Shown: positions 37,038 through 51,394 of the stretch, piece after piece | How the letters are laid out: each line of letters opens with the position of its first letter | How positions within the stretch are numbered: position 1 is the first letter of the stretch | From: Leucoraja ocellata | Taxonomy: Eukaryota | NCBI GenBank assembly: GCA_036785375.1 | Contig: JAWMAR010000388.1 | Coordinates: forward strand, 1 to 64,000 | DNA: 64,000 bases | Reading direction: 5' to 3' | Position numbers and translations under genes: made by a program | The notes under the pieces: model-generated | Databases searched by the model: none | What the model was told of the DNA's origin: nothing | Seen by the model: only the letters and a program-made list of their open reading frames with translations

Positions 37038-37604
37038 TAATTTCCCTTCAGCCATCTGCCCAAACCCACTCTCCCCCCTCCTTTCCTATGTTCCTTTCCA
37101 CCCATAAACCTCTCTGCCTTTACATTTCATTCCTCTTTCAAATCTGCTCTACTTATCTACATTTTTCTTCTTTACTTTTTAGTCATAGAATGATGCAGTG
37201 TGGAAACAGGCCCTTCAGCCCAACTTGCCCACACCGACCAACATGTCCCATCTAAACTAGTCCCAATCACACGCGTTTGGCCCATATCCATCTAAATCTG
37301 TCCTATCCATGTACATGTCCAAATGTCTCTTAAACATTAGGATAGTCCCATCCTTAACTACCTCCTCTGGCAGCTTGTTACATACACCCAGCACCCTTTA
37401 TGTGAAAAAGCTACCTCTCTGATCTGTTAATTTCTGAAATATTGGTCATTAATTTGGTGCAAAAAAAAGCTCAAAAATAAGGCTCAGAATGCAGCAGAGA
37501 GCATCTAAAACCCCTGAGCTTCCAGGGCCCGCTTATTTCACATTAAGTTTTTGTAATCCTGTCATGCCACCCCTCTTTTTTGAAAAGCTTCGTACGGTCC
37601 TTGA

Positions 37605-39330
37605 ATGGGTGACGTTTCGGGCTTCTTCAGACTGATGTCAGGGGAGTGGGCGGTACAGAGTTAAAATGTAGTTGGAGCCAGCAAGACCGGTGGGAGAACT
37701 GGGAAGGGGAAGGGAATGGCCAGAGAGGAAAAGCAAGAGCTGCTTGATGTTAGAGAAGTCAATGTTCATACCGCTGGGGTGTAAGCTGTCCAAGCAACAT
37801 ATGAAGTACTGTTCCTCCAATTTGCACTGACAATGGAGGAGGCCCAGGACAGAAACGTCAGTGTGGGTATGGGAGGGTTAGTTAACGTGCTGGGCATCCG
37901 GGAGGTCAAGTAAGTTTAGGCGGACTGAGCGGAGATGTTCTTCAAAATGATCGCCGAACCTACGCTTGGTCTCGCCGATATACAAGAATCCACACCTGGA
38001 ACAGCGGATACAGTAGATGAGGTTGAAGCAGGTGAGTGAACTTCTGCCTCACCTGACAAAACTGTTGGGGTCCTTGGATGGAGTTGATGGGGAGGTATAG
38101 GGACAGGTGTTGCAGGGGAAAGTACCTGGGTGCAAAGGGAGGAGTTGGCCAAGGATTTTCGATGGGAGCTGTCTCTGCGGAAAGCAGAAAGGGGTGGAGA
38201 TGGCTAGTAGTGGGATCCTGTTGGAGATGGCGAAAATGTCGGAGGATTATGTGCTATATGCGGCAGCTGATGGGGTGGAAGCCGAGGACAAGGAGGAATC
38301 TGTCCTTGTTACGAATGGGGGGAGGGAGAGCAAGAACGGAGCTGCAGGATGTTGACAAGATCCTAGTGAGAGCCTCATCTATAATGGAAGAGGGGATCCC
38401 CATTCCCTGAAGAATGAGGACATCTCGGATGACCTGGTATGGAACACTTCATCATGGGCGCAGATGCGGCGTAGGAGGAGGAATTGGGAGTAGGCAGAGA
38501 GTCTTGACAGGAAACACGCTGGGAAGAATCTAGATAGCAATGAGAGTCAGTGGGTTTGTCATAGATGTCAGTCGATAGCCTGTCTCCTGTGATGGTGACG
38601 GTCAGATCTGGAAATGGCGTGGAGATGTCGGGGTGGTCCAAGTGAATTTCAGTGCAGGATGTAAATTTGGTTGTGACGTTAATGGTCAGTTAGTTCTGCA
38701 TTGGTGCAGGAGGTGGCACCGATGCAGTCATTCATGTAGCGCAGGTAGTTTTTTAAAATTTAAATGACGAAGGTGACTTGAGAGCTGGGGGCTGGGGAGT
38801 AAAATATGGGCACAAGAATGAGGAAGAGAGCGTGTGCAGGGTGCTATGATTCTAAATTGAAGAAATCGGTGTTTATACTGTTCCATTGAAAGATATCCAA
38901 GCGGATCATAATCGGGTGCTGCTCTCCACTGTGTGTGAGGCCAAGATTGACAATGGAAGATGCTCGGTGTGGGAATGGGAAACAGAGCTTAACTGACTGT
39001 GAACTTTACAGAGAGAGCATAATGGTCATCAAAACGGTTGCCTGGTGTACGCTTGGTCTCACCAATGTACACGAATGAGCATCACGGGAAACAAATGCTG
39101 CACACGTGATTTGCAGAGGTGGATATGAATCTCAGTCTGAACTGGGACGACTACATGTGTGGCTGGTGGAAGTGAAACAGGAGCTGTCGGGCCAGGCGTT
39201 ACATTCCATGCGGATGTAGGGGAAATGCTTGGGAATGGAGCGGTTTAGGTGGGGAGAGACGACCAGACCAAGCAACTGCGGACAATGTGGTCTCTCTGGA
39301 AAACGGAAGGGGCGGAAACGGAAAGATAGA
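37605..39330 (-). mobile_element. Penelope-like elements (RT C-terminus plus GIY-YIG), degenerate, two adjacent copies
   Basis: ORFs 37638..37820 (LHPSGMNIDFS), 37916..38152 and 38375..38641 (FPDLTVTITGDRLSTDIYDKPTDSH). Confidence 0.8.
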
Positions 39331-39334
39331 GACA

Positions 39335-40350
39335 GAGAAACATAGAGTGATACAGTGTGGAAACAGGCCCTTCGGCCCAACTTGACCACACTGACCAACA
39401 ATGCCCCAGCTACACTTGTCCCACTTGCCTGCGCTTGGTCTATAACCCTCCAAACCTGTGCTATCCATGTACCTGTCCAACTGTTTCTTAAACGATGGGA
39501 GAGTCCCAGCCTCATCTACCTCCTCTGGCAGCTCGTTCCATACAGCCATCACCCTCTGTGTGAAAAAGTTACCCTTCGTATTCCTATTAAATCTTTTACC
39601 CTTCACCTTGAACCCATGTCCTCTGGTCCTCGATTCCCCTATTCTCATGATTTTGTACACCTCTATAAGATCACCCCTCATCCTCCTGCGCTCCATGAAA
39701 TAGTGATCCAGCCTACTCAACCTCTCCCTATAGCTGACACCCTCTAGTCCTGGCAACATCCTCGTAAATCTTTACTGAACCCCTTCAAGCTTGACAACAT
39801 CTTTCCTATAACATGGTGCCCAGAACTGAACACAATATTCTAAACTCACCAACTGTTTATACAACTACAACATGACCTCCCAACTTCTATACTCAATGCT
39901 CTGATTGATGAAGGTCAAAGAGCCAAAAGCCTTTTTGACTACCTTAGCTACCTGCGACACGACCTTCAGGGAACCATGCACCTGTACTCCTAGATCCCTC
40001 TGCTCTACAACACCAACCAGAGGCCGACCATTTGCTGTGTAGGTCCTGCCCTTGTTCGAGGATGCAAAATGCAACATCTCACACTTCTCTGTATTAAATT
40101 CCATCAAGCATTCCTCCCGCCCACCTGGCTAATTGATCCAGATCCTGCTGCAATCTTTCACAACCATCTTCACTATCTGCAAAACCACTCACTTTTGTTT
40201 CAGCAAACTTGCTAATCTTGCCCTGTATGTTCCTATCCAAATTATTGATGTAGATAACAAACAGTAACGGGCCCAGCACTCAACCCTGAGGCACACCACT
40301 AGTCACAGACCTCCAATCCGAGAAGCAACCTTCCACCATCTCCCTCTGTT
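39335..40350 (-). mobile_element. CR1 LINE 3' fragment
   Basis: ORFs 39199..39759, 39865..40107 and 40094..40279. Confidence 0.88.
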
Positions 40351-41044
40351 TCAGTATTTCCTCGACGGTAACCCTGACTGCTGTCATGACACTTTCAGTG
40401 ACTGGACGCGACTGGAGATGAGATCACGTTGAAGATATTGGAAATGTTGGAGAATGATATATTATATGTGCAGGCTGTTGTGGTGAAAAGCGAGGCCCAG
40501 AGGAACATTATCCTTGTTCCGTCTGAGGAAGGGAGAGCGAGAGCAGAACTGTGAGACACAGGGAAGATATGGATGGAGGTGTAATCCACAACTGCACGGC
40601 TAAACCACGGCTACTGAAATTAAAGGAAGGTTTCGCATGTCGTTGGGTGAAAAGCGTTATCGTAGAAGTAGAAGTAGCTGAGCCGGAGAAATCGAGAGTA
40701 AGGGATGGTGTCCTTGCAAGAGGCAGATTGGAAGGATGCAGTCAAAGTAACTGAGTCAGCGGGTATTAATGGACGTCTGTGCATAGTCTACATTTTGTGA
40801 TGGAGACAGGGAGATCCTGAAAGCAGAGTTCAGTCACAGAGATTGCCCTGGTGAAGTCCGTTGTTCTATTTAATTTCTCCATGTCAGTAACCACTCTCTG
40901 TAGATGTAAAGCCAGTCAAGCCTCACTACGTTCTGCCAGATTCTGAAAGTATTTGACATTGTCAAGGTGAATTATCATCATTTATTCATATTTAAACTCT
41001 CTGACACATAATTTTTACCATGTTTTGCTGTTTATCATATGCTG

Positions 41045-41488
41045 AGGGAATGGAGCAGCTGGGCTTGTAAACTCTGGAGTTTAGAAGATGAGAGGGGATC
41101 TTATTGAAACATACACGATTATTCAGGGTTTTGGTACACTAAATGGAGGAAACATGTTCCCGATGTTGGGGGAGTCAAGAACCAGGGGCCACAGTTTAAG
41201 AATAAGGAGTAAGCCATTTAGAACGGAGATTAGGAAACACTTTTTCACACAGAGAGTGGTGAGTCCTGTGGAATTCTCTGCCTCAGAGGGCAGTGGAGGC
41301 CGGTTCTCTGGATACTTTCAAGAGACAGCTAGATAGGGCTCTTAAAGATAGCGCAGTCAGGGGATTTGGGGAGAAGGCAGGAACGTGGTACTGATTGGGG
41401 ATGATCAGCCATGATCACATTGAATGGCGGTGCTGGCTCGAAGGGCCGAATGGCCTACACCTGCACCTATTGTCTATTGTCTATTGTT
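41045..41488 (+). mobile_element. CR1 LINE 3' end with (CTATTGT)n tail
   Basis: ORF 41088..41336 MRGDLIETY...FFTQRVV. Confidence 0.88.
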
Positions 41489-41684
41489 ATTGCGCATGGG
41501 ACATGCTCCAGAGAAATATTTGTAATTGCGATTTCATGAACAACAGTGTTGTACACTGAAACATATTATAGTAACGGATCATGACTGGACATGAACATTA
41601 ACGATTGGAGCAAGGTGGGCCATTAGGCCCTTAAAACTGGTTCAGCCTTCAACCCCATCATTGCTGATCATCATGTGTCCGATT

Positions 41685-44600
41685 AACCATATAATAACAA
41701 TTACAGCACGGAAACAGGCCATCTCGACCCTTCTAGTCCGTGCCGAACACATAATCTCCCCTAGTCCCATATACCTGCACTCAGACCATAACCCTCCATT
41801 CCCTTCCCATCCATATAACTGTCCAATTTATTTTAAATGATAAAAACGAACCTGCCTCCACCACCTTCACTGGAAGCTCATTCCACACAGCCACCACTAT
41901 CTGAGTAAAGAAGTTTCCCCTCATGTTACCCATAAACTTCAGTCCCTTAATTCTCAAGCCATGTCCCCTTGTTTGAATCTTCCCTACTCTCAGTGGGAAA
42001 ATCTTTTCCACGTCAACTCTGTCTATCCCTCTCATCATTTTAAAAACCTCTATCAAGTCCCCCCTTAACCTTCTGCGTTCCATAGAATAAAGCCCTAAGT
42101 TGTTCAACCTTTCTCTGTAACTTAGTTGCTGAAACCCAGGCAACATTCTAGTAAATCTCCTCTGTACTCTCTCTATTTTGTTGACATCCTTCCTATAATT
42201 AGGCGACCAAAATTGTACACCATACTCCAGAATTGGCCTCACCAATGCCTTGTACAATTTTAACATTACATCCCAACTTCTATACTCAATGCTCTGATTT
42301 ATAAAGGCCAGCACACCAAAAGCTTTCTTTACCACCCTATCTACATGAGATTCCACTTTCAGGGAACTGTGCACAGATATTCCCAGATCCCTCTGTTCAA
42401 CTACATTCTTCAATTCCCTACCAATTACCATGTACATCCTATTTTGATTTGTCCTGCCAAGATGTAGCACCTCACACTTATCAGTATTAAACTCCATCTG
42501 CCATCTTTCAGCCCACTCTTCCAACTGGCATAAATCTCTCTGTAGACTTTGAAACTCTACTTCATTACCCACACCCCACCTATCTTAGTATCATCTGCAT
42601 ACTTACTAATCCAATTTACCACACCATCATCCAGATCATTGATGTACATGACAAACAACAGTGGACCCAACACAGATCCCTGTGGCACCCCACTCGTCAC
42701 TGGCCTCCAACCGGACAAACAACCATCCACCATTACTCTCTGGCATCTCCCATTCAGCCACTGTTGATTCCATCTTGCTACTCCACCATTAATACCCAAC
42801 CATTGAACCTTCTTAACCATGAGGAACCTTGTCAAAGGCCTTACTGAAGTCCATATACACAACATTCACTGCTTTACCCTCATCAATTTCCAGAGTAACA
42901 TCTTCACAAAAATTCAAGAAGATTAGTCAAACATGACCTTCCAGGCACAAATCCATGTTGACTGTTCCTAATCAGACCCTGTTTATCCACATGCTTATAT
43001 ATATTATCTCTAAGTATTCTTTCCATTAATTTGCCCACCACTGACGTCAAACTAACAGGTCTATAATTGCTAGGTTTACTCTTAGACCCCTTTTAAACAA
43101 TGGAACAACATGCGCAGTACGCCAATCCCCCGACACTATTCCTGTTTCTAATGACACTTGAAATATTTCTGCCATAGCCTCTGCTATTTCTACACTAACT
43201 TCCCTCAATGTCCTAGGGAATATCCTGTCCGGACCTGGAGACTTATCCACTTTTATATTCATCAAAAGTGTCAGTACTTCCCTCTTCTTTGAATCTCATA
43301 GTTTCCATAGCTACTCTACTTGTTTCCCTTACCTCACATAATTCAATATCCTTCTCCTTGGTGAATGCCGAAGAAAAGAAACTGTTCAATATCTCCCCCA
43401 TCTCTTTTGGCTCTGCAGATAGTTGTCCACTCTGACTCTCTAACGGATCAATTTTATCCCTCGTTATCCTTTTGCTATTAATATAGCTGTAGAAACCTTT
43501 TGGATGTATTCACCTTACTTGCCAAAGCAACCTCATATCTTCTTTTAGCTTTTCTAATTTCTTTCATAAGATTCTTTTTACATTCTTTATACTCCTCAAG
43601 CACCTCATTTACTCCATTCTGCCTATAATTATTGTAGATCTCCCTCTTTTTCTGAACCAAGTCTCCAATTTCCCTTGAAACCATGGCTCTTTACAATTTT
43701 TACAATTTCCTTTCAAACGAACAGGGACATAAAGATTCTGTACTCTTAAAATGTCACCTTTAAATGTACTCCATTTCTCTTCCATCATCTTTCCCATAAA
43801 ACAAACTATCCCAATTTACTCCTTTTAAATCCTTTCGCATCTCCTCAAAGTTAGCCTTTCTCCAATCAAAAATCTCAACCCTAGGTCCAGTTCTGTCCCT
43901 CTCCATAATTATATTGAAACTAATGGTATTGTGATCACTGGACCAGAACTGTTCCCCAACGCATACCTCTGCCACCTGACCCATCTCATTTCCTAACAGG
44001 AGGTCCTGCACCGCCCCTTCTCTAGTAGGTACTTCTATGTATTGCTGCAAAAAACTATCCTGCACACATTTTACAAACTCCAACCCATCCAGCCCATTTA
44101 AAGAATGTGTTTCCCAGTCTATATGTGGAAAATTGAAATCTCCCACAATCACTACCTTGTGCTTACTACTAATATCTGCAATCTCCTTACATATTTTCTC
44201 TACCAATTCTTGCTCCCCATTTGGCGGTCTATAATACACCCCTATAAGCGTTGCTACCCCTTTCCCATTTCTCAGTTCCACCCAAATAGCCTCCCTAGAC
44301 GAGCCCTCTAATCTATCCTGCCAAAGCACTGCTGCAATATCTTCCCTGATAAGCAATGCAACACCTCCACCTCTTCCCCCCCCCCCCCCCCCCCCCATTC
44401 TATCACACCTGAAGCAACGAAATCCTGGAATATTTAGTTTCCAATCACAGCCCTCCTGCAATTTCACTGATCGCCACAACATCATACTTCCAGGTGTCAA
44501 TCCAGACTCTAAGCTCATCCACCTTTCTTACAATGCTCCTAGCATTAAAATATACACATTTAAGAAACCCACCCTCTCTTATTCTCTGTTTATTGTCTTT

Positions 44601-44820
44601 TTCTTCTCTCTCCCCTTCATTTTGGGTCAGAGTGCTACCATTCTCTGCCTCCTGCTTCACACACTGACTGCTAGCTTTCCCAATTTGAGTCCCTCCCCCC
44701 AACCATACTAGTTTAAAGTCTCCCCAGTAGCCTTTGCAAATCTCCCCGCCAGGATATTGGTCCCCCTTGAGTTCAAGTGCAGCCCGTCCTTTCTGTGCAG
44801 GTCGCACCTTCCCCAAAAGA
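41685..44820 (-). mobile_element. Near-complete CR1 LINE (end of ORF1 esterase plus frameshifted ORF2 APE-RT)
   Basis: ORFs 43760..44518 (APE: VGDFNFP, SSDH), 43047..43265, 42557..42865 (YADD) and 41781..42572. Alternative frame near 44710-44820 gives KDGLHLN (SGNH-type ORF1 end). Confidence 0.93.
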
Positions 44821-45092
44821 TTCTTCCAAATATTATTACCAGTTGAGGGTACAAGACAAGTGTTGCTGGGCAGATCTTGGAGTTGTTAGTTTGCAGTCAG
44901 CAGCTCTGTGCATCGGGCTGGAATCAGTACATTCATTTCTCTAAATAATCCACAGGTGCTTCCGTTCAGTTAGCTCCTGCTCTTTGTTAGCGGTGGAGTG
45001 TTGGACTCCAGCCACATCATATGTGGGGGAAAGGTGAAATCAAATGGAATCAGAATAAATATGAAATGCCATTCATTTAAAAAAAAATTCAG

Positions 45093-48000
45093 CTTTTTTT
45101 TTTGTTTGTTTTTTTTGTTTTGTTTATTTTATTAGAAGTTAATACAGCACAAAACAGTACAGTGGAACCTAATTTTAGGTGCCAACTATGTAATACCGTA
45201 ATCCATTCTATGTACAACCTCTAGTTTTATGTTATGAGAAGGAAGTAAGCAAGACAAGAAAAAGAAAACAATAGAAAGAGGAAAAAGTGGAAAAATAGAT
45301 GGTAGAGAGTAGAAAAACGTGAAGTGTGTATATAAAAAATAAAAAAGGAAGAGAGAAAGTGGAAAGTAGAAATAGAAGAGAAGCCCCTTAAAAGATAATT
45401 TTTCAAATCTGTATTCGGAGATGTAGATCTATCCACGTCATGAACTGAAATCAGCAATCTTTACGGTACCGCTGCATCACATGATTCCAAAAAGTCGATG
45501 AAAGGAGACCAACTCCTTAAGAATTGGTCATATTTATCTATTAGTCGGAGTCTCATTTCTTCGAGGCGTGCTATGTCCATCATATTCCTAATCCACATTT
45601 TAACAGTTGGTATGGTTGTATTTTTCCAAAATTTAAGTATCAATTTCTTTCCAATTATTAACCCATAATTAAAAAAAACATTTTGATCTTTATTTAAATT
45701 GGTATCTTCTCCTATTATTCCAAATATAATCCATTCCGTTTTGGGTTCTATTCTTGACTTGAAAAGCTTTGTAAATATATCAAATATATCACTCCAAAAT
45801 TTATTCAACTTTGTACATCCTACAAATGAATGTGTTATATTAGCGTTTTGAAACAAACATTTATCGCATCTGGGAGAGACGTTTGGATAAAATTTATTCA
45901 ACCTCGTTTTTGAATAATATAGTCTATGTAATAATTTGAATTGAATTAAATTATGTCTTGCATTAATAGAACAGTTATGTGTATTCATCAAATACTTTTC
46001 CCATCTATCCTTCGAGATCTTTATCATTAGCTCATGTTCCCAATCTTCCCTTAATGCTTCTGTTGAGGGTGATTCTCTATTTAATATATTATTATAAAAG
46101 TATGATATTAATTTTTGTGAATCAGCCTTAATATTCATTGCTTCTTCTAAAGGATCTAAAAATATAGTTTGAAATCTATGTGTATATTTCTTCATAAAGT
46201 CACATACCTGTATATATTTAAAATATTGATTATCCTTCAATTTAAATTTAAATTTTAATTGTTGAAATGATAACAGTTTGCCCACTTCATACATATCCCC
46301 TACTTTCCTAATCCCCAGTCTATCCCATTGTTGATATGTGTTGTCAATGAGAGAAGGTTTGAATGTGGGGTTGTTCAATAGTGGGGTTGGTACTGATAAA
46401 TTATTTAATTTCAAGGATACTTTTATTTGTTTCCAAATTTTTATTATATTGTGAATAATTGGGTTCTTCTTATATATTATACTATTCAATTTTATCGGTG
46501 AGAGCAGGATCGTTCCTATATCGTGCGGCTAGCACTCCTCTTTTTCCATTCTTATCCACTCCAACTGCTGTGGAACTATCCAGCCAGTACATTATGTTCT
46601 TAATATGCACTGCCCAGTAGTAATACATAGAAACATAGAAACATAGAAATTAGGTGCAGGAGTAGGCCATTCGGCCCTTCGAGCCTGCACTGCCATTTAA
46701 TATGATCATGGCTGATCATCCAACTCAGTATCCCGTACCTGCCTTCTCTCCATACCCTCTGATCCCCTTGGCCACAAGGGCCACATCTAACTCCCTCTTA
46801 AATATAGCCAATGAACTGGCCTCAACTACCCTCTGTGGCAGAGAGTTCCAGAGATTCACCACTCTCTGTGTGAAAAAAGTTCTCCTCATCTCGGTTTTAA
46901 AGGATTTCCCCTTATCCTTAAGCTGTGACCCCTTGTCCTGGACTTCCCCAACATCGGGAACAATCTTCCTGCATCTAGCCTGTCCAACCCCTTAAGAATT
47001 TTGTAAGTTTCTATAAGATCCCCTCTCAATCTCCTAAATTCTAGAGAGTATAAACCAAGTCTATCCAGTCTTTCTTCATAAGACAGTCCTGACATCCCAG
47101 GCATAACATAAAGTTAGGTAATGATAAACCCCCAACTTCTTTAGATTTGCACAAATGCTTTCGTTGAATTCTATGTGTTCTGTAGTCCCATATAAAATTA
47201 GTGATAGTGGAATCTAGTTTTTTGAAAAATATTTTGGAATATATATTGGGATCGCTTGAAACAAATATATTAATTGTGGTAAGAAAGTCATTTTTATAGC
47301 ATTAATTCTACCTATCAATGAGAGCGGAAGCGTTTTCCAAAATTTAATCGTATCATTCAGTTTATTTTAATAGTGGTATAAAATTGGCACTAAATAATGA
47401 TTTGTGTCTTCTCGTAATTTGAATACCCAGATACTTGAATTTTTTTGTTGCAATTTTGAAGGGGAATTTTAGTAAGTGTCTCGAATCCTGTGGTTTTAAA
47501 GACATAATTTCGCTTTTATTCCAATTTATTCTATATCCTGAAAAAGAGCCGAATTCCTCAATCAGTGTTAATAAGGTGGGTATACTCGTTTGTGTATTAG
47601 TAATATATAAAAGGATATCATCAGCATATAATGAAATTTTATTCTTTGAGTCCTTGGTGTTATATCCGTGAATATTCGGGTGATTTCTAATCCTTTCGGC
47701 CAGCGGTTCTATCATAAGGGCAAATAGCAATGGTGATAAGGCACACCCTTGCCTATTACCCCTTGATAAGTAAAATTTTGGAGATAGCGTATTGTTAGTT
47801 AGTATTCTTGCCGTAGGTCTATCGTAAAGTAGTTTAATCCATCTGATAAAATTCTCTCACGTATTAAATTTTTGGAGTACCTTGTATAAATATTGCCATT
47901 CTACTTGATCAAATGCCTTCTCTGCATCCTGCGTGACAACTGAAATATCTTCATTGTCCTCATTATGAGAGTACATTATATTAAAAAGCCTTCTCAAATT

Positions 48001-49760
48001 ATTAAATGATTGTCTTTTAGGTATAAATCCCGTTTGATCCGTATTTATTAAATTGTTAATATAATTATTTAGCCTTCTAGCTAGAATCTTTGCTAAAATT
48101 TTCTGATCCGTATTTAGAAGTGAAATAGCTCTATAAGAACCCGGTTCATCTAAATCTTTATCTTTTTTTTGGTATAAGCGTTATTGTTGCTTCTGCTAGG
48201 GTTTCTGGTAGTTTATTTTCAGTATAAGCCTGCGTGTATAAATTGAATAATCTTGGTACGATTGACTCCTGAAATCTTTTATAAAATTCATTACTAAAAC
48301 CATCTGGTCCTGGGGTTTTCCCATTTTTCAGTGAGTTTATTATTTGTTTTATTTCTTCACTAGTAATCCGTGCTCCTAATTGCTCTTGTTCTAAACTATC
48401 CAATTTAGGGAGCTTGCAATTATCTAAAAAATTTGTAATTTTACTTACATCTGTCTTTATTTTAGATGTATATAAATTATGATAAAATTGGGCAAACCTC
48501 TTATTAATATCCTTAGGCAATGTTAGAAACTCACCCTTATCCGATTTAATTTTAGTAATAGTTTTTTTCCTTTTCTCGTTGCTTCAGTTGCCTCGCAAGT
48601 AGTTTATGTGGCTTATCCCCAAATTCGAAGTGTGCTTGTTTTGTAATTTGGAATAATCTTATTACTCTAGCCGATAGTATTCTATTGACTTTATATTTCA
48701 ATAAAGTTATCTTATTATGTTTATTTATGGTTGGGTCAGTTGCATTGTCCAGTTCTAGTAATTTTATTTTCTGTTCTATCCGCTGAAGTTCTCTTTTATT
48801 TTCCTTATTTTGAAAACTTTGGTAAGAGATTATGACACCGCGAATATATGCCTTGAAGGTTTCCCATAATAGCGGTGCAGAAATACCCGGCGTGTCATTT
48901 ATTTCGAAAAAAAGTTTTGTTTGTTCTTTTATATACTCATATTTAAATACTCATTATTTAATATGTGTGCATTGAACCTCCAAAAAGGTTTTATACTCTG
49001 CATTCCCTCAATTTTAAGTATAAAAGTCAATGGTGAGTGATCAGAAATAATACTATTATGATATGATGGTTTATTCGTATACGGGATCAATTTTGTGTCC
49101 AATAAGAAATAGTCAATTCGCGAATAAGTTTTGTGAACTGATGAATAAAATGAGTATTCCCTACCACTTGGATTTGCTATTCTCCAAACATCAGCTATGT
49201 TATTATTTTTTATATAAGTATTTAAAAATTCACAGTTCTTAGTTTTAACAAGACGCTTCCCTAGCTTTATTGATTTATCTAAGTATGGGTCTATAACACA
49301 GTTGAAATCTCCCCCCATTATTATATTTTGAAAATTATGCTCTGCGATTAAATCTATTATTTTCCTAAAAAATTGTGGGTTATCAAAATTAGGCGCGTAA
49401 ATATTTATCATAGTTAATGGTGTATTGTAAATTTCTCCCGTGACTATAACATATCTTCCCTCTTTATCAGATATGGATTTCTTTAATTTAAAAGGTATGC
49501 CCTTCCGAATTATAATGGCAGTGCCTCTTGCTTTAGAGGTGAATGAGGAGTAATAGGTTTGACCTATCCAATTTGCCCTTAATCTGATCTGAGTTTGTTG
49601 TTTCAAATGTGTCTCTTGTAGGAAAGCAATATCCATATTTAATGATTTTAATTGTGCCAGAATTTTACCTCTTTTAATTGGCTCATTCGCACCTCTGATG
49701 TTCCAACTACAGAAGGTGAGACCTCCGATATTTATTCGACTATTATCTTGCATTGGCTAT
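45093..49760 (-). mobile_element. L1-clade LINE ORF2 (APE, RT, CCHC), frameshifted, with poly(A) tail; CR1 inserted at 46626-47101
   Basis: ORF 48929..49753 (SWNIRG, FLQETH, GGDFN, YSRIDY, SDH), 48158..48520 (KTPGPDG), 47362..47730 (LYADD), 45461..46489 (RCDKC...THSFVGC). T-rich tail at 45093-45130. Confidence 0.93.
46626..47101 (-). mobile_element. CR1 3' end nested in L1
   Basis: (atagaaac)n tail at 46626-46650; ORF 46886..47104. Confidence 0.9.
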
Positions 49761-50379
49761 TATTACCAGACTGTATGATTCATGTGATGCAGCCAAGTAC
49801 CTCAGAATCCCGAATCCAGAGTTGTCCTTCATAATTTCTACAGTAGTTCTACATCTTCTGACACTATTAAACATAATTAAGGGAAAGAGAAAAACATAAA
49901 ATAAAGTGTACATAAAAATTATTGAGTCATACAACACATAATTGTGAATAAACAAAAAAAGTGAATGTAATTTATTAAAAAAGCGATAAATTACAAAAAA
50001 GCCACCTAAGGTAGCTAGATTTCTTTTTAAATTGACCTCCGTCGATGAGATTATGCACTGGGCCTTATCCCCCTATTAGAATTTGACCCAACGTTAGTCG
50101 GTTCCCTCTAATTGTTACCAAAATTATCATATCAGGTCATCGCTGAACAGTTTAAAATAGAATAAAATAAAAGGGAAGGTAGAAGATTTGGATTAAAATA
50201 AAAGTAATTATGGGTTAAAATACCTCGTCAAAAATTATACTTTTCATTTACCTGTATGTTAGTTAATTCAGCTTTAACGGCGAGTTCTGAGGCTAATAAC
50301 ATTAAATGAGACACAGATGTGGCAGGGAAAACGTAACATTTTGGACGATCATTCATGGTCAAGTTGAACGTCAATAAGC

Positions 50380-51365
50380 AATAATGCAATAGCAAGGAGA
50401 GACATTCGTTTGGATGTTGTAAAATCAGTATGTGTAGAACTGTGAAATAGCCAAGGGCAGAAAGCGTTTGTTGGAGTGGGATACAGACCCCCAACAGCAA
50501 GATGGAGGTTGGGGATAGCATCAAGCAGGAAATTAGTGATGCGTGCAGCAAAGATACAGCGGTTATCATGAGTGACTTTAATTTACCGGTAGATTGGGCC
50601 AACCAAATTGGTAACAGTGCTGAGGAGGATTTCCAGGAATGTATACGGGATGGGTTTTTAAACCAATATGTAGAGGAACCGACTAGAGGGCAGGCTGGGT
50701 ATTGTGTAACGAGGACAGATTAGTTAGCGATCTTGTTGTGCAAAGCCACTCGGTCAACTGTGATCATAATATGGTGGAATTCCACATTAGAATGGAGAGT
50801 GACACGGTTAATTCAGAGACTAGGCTCCTGAACTTGAATAAAGACTTTGAAGGTATGAGACGGGAACTGGCTAGGAGAGACAGGCGCATTTTACTTAAAG
50901 GGTTGACAGTGGAGATGCAATGGCGAAGATTTAAAGACCGCTTAGATAAACTTAGTTAAGTCACAGAGTCATAGTGTACTACAGTGTGGAAACGGGCCCT
51001 TCGGCCCAACTTGCCCACATCAACCAACAATGTCCCAACTACTAGTCCCACATACCTGCACTTGGTCAATATCCCTCCAATCCATGTCATATCAATGTAT
51101 CTAACTGTCTTTTAAACAATGGGATAGTCCCAACCTCAACTACCTCCTTTGGCAGCTTGTTCCATACACCCACCACCCTTGGTGTGAAAACGTGATCTCT
51201 CAGATTCCTGTTATATCTTTTCCCTTTCACCTTGAACCTATGTCCTCTGGTCCTCGATTCCTTCACTCTGGGCACAAGTCTCGGGGGATCTTCCCGATCT
51301 TTTCCTCCCATGATTTTGTACACCTCTTTAAGATCTCCCCTCATCATCCTCCTGCGCTCCATGGC
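50380..51365. mobile_element. CR1 fragments (plus endonuclease 50380-50960; minus 3' end 50965-51365)
   Basis: ORFs 50502..50723, 50702..50959 and 51087..51407. Confidence 0.8.
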
Positions 51366-51394
51366 GATTGATACAAATACATCTATAGATGCTC

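Noticed and set aside
50228-50380. C-terminus of L1 ORF1 upstream of ORF2
   Set aside because: The position fits, but the translated sequence lacks motifs I can recognise and is truncated by a CR1 fragment.
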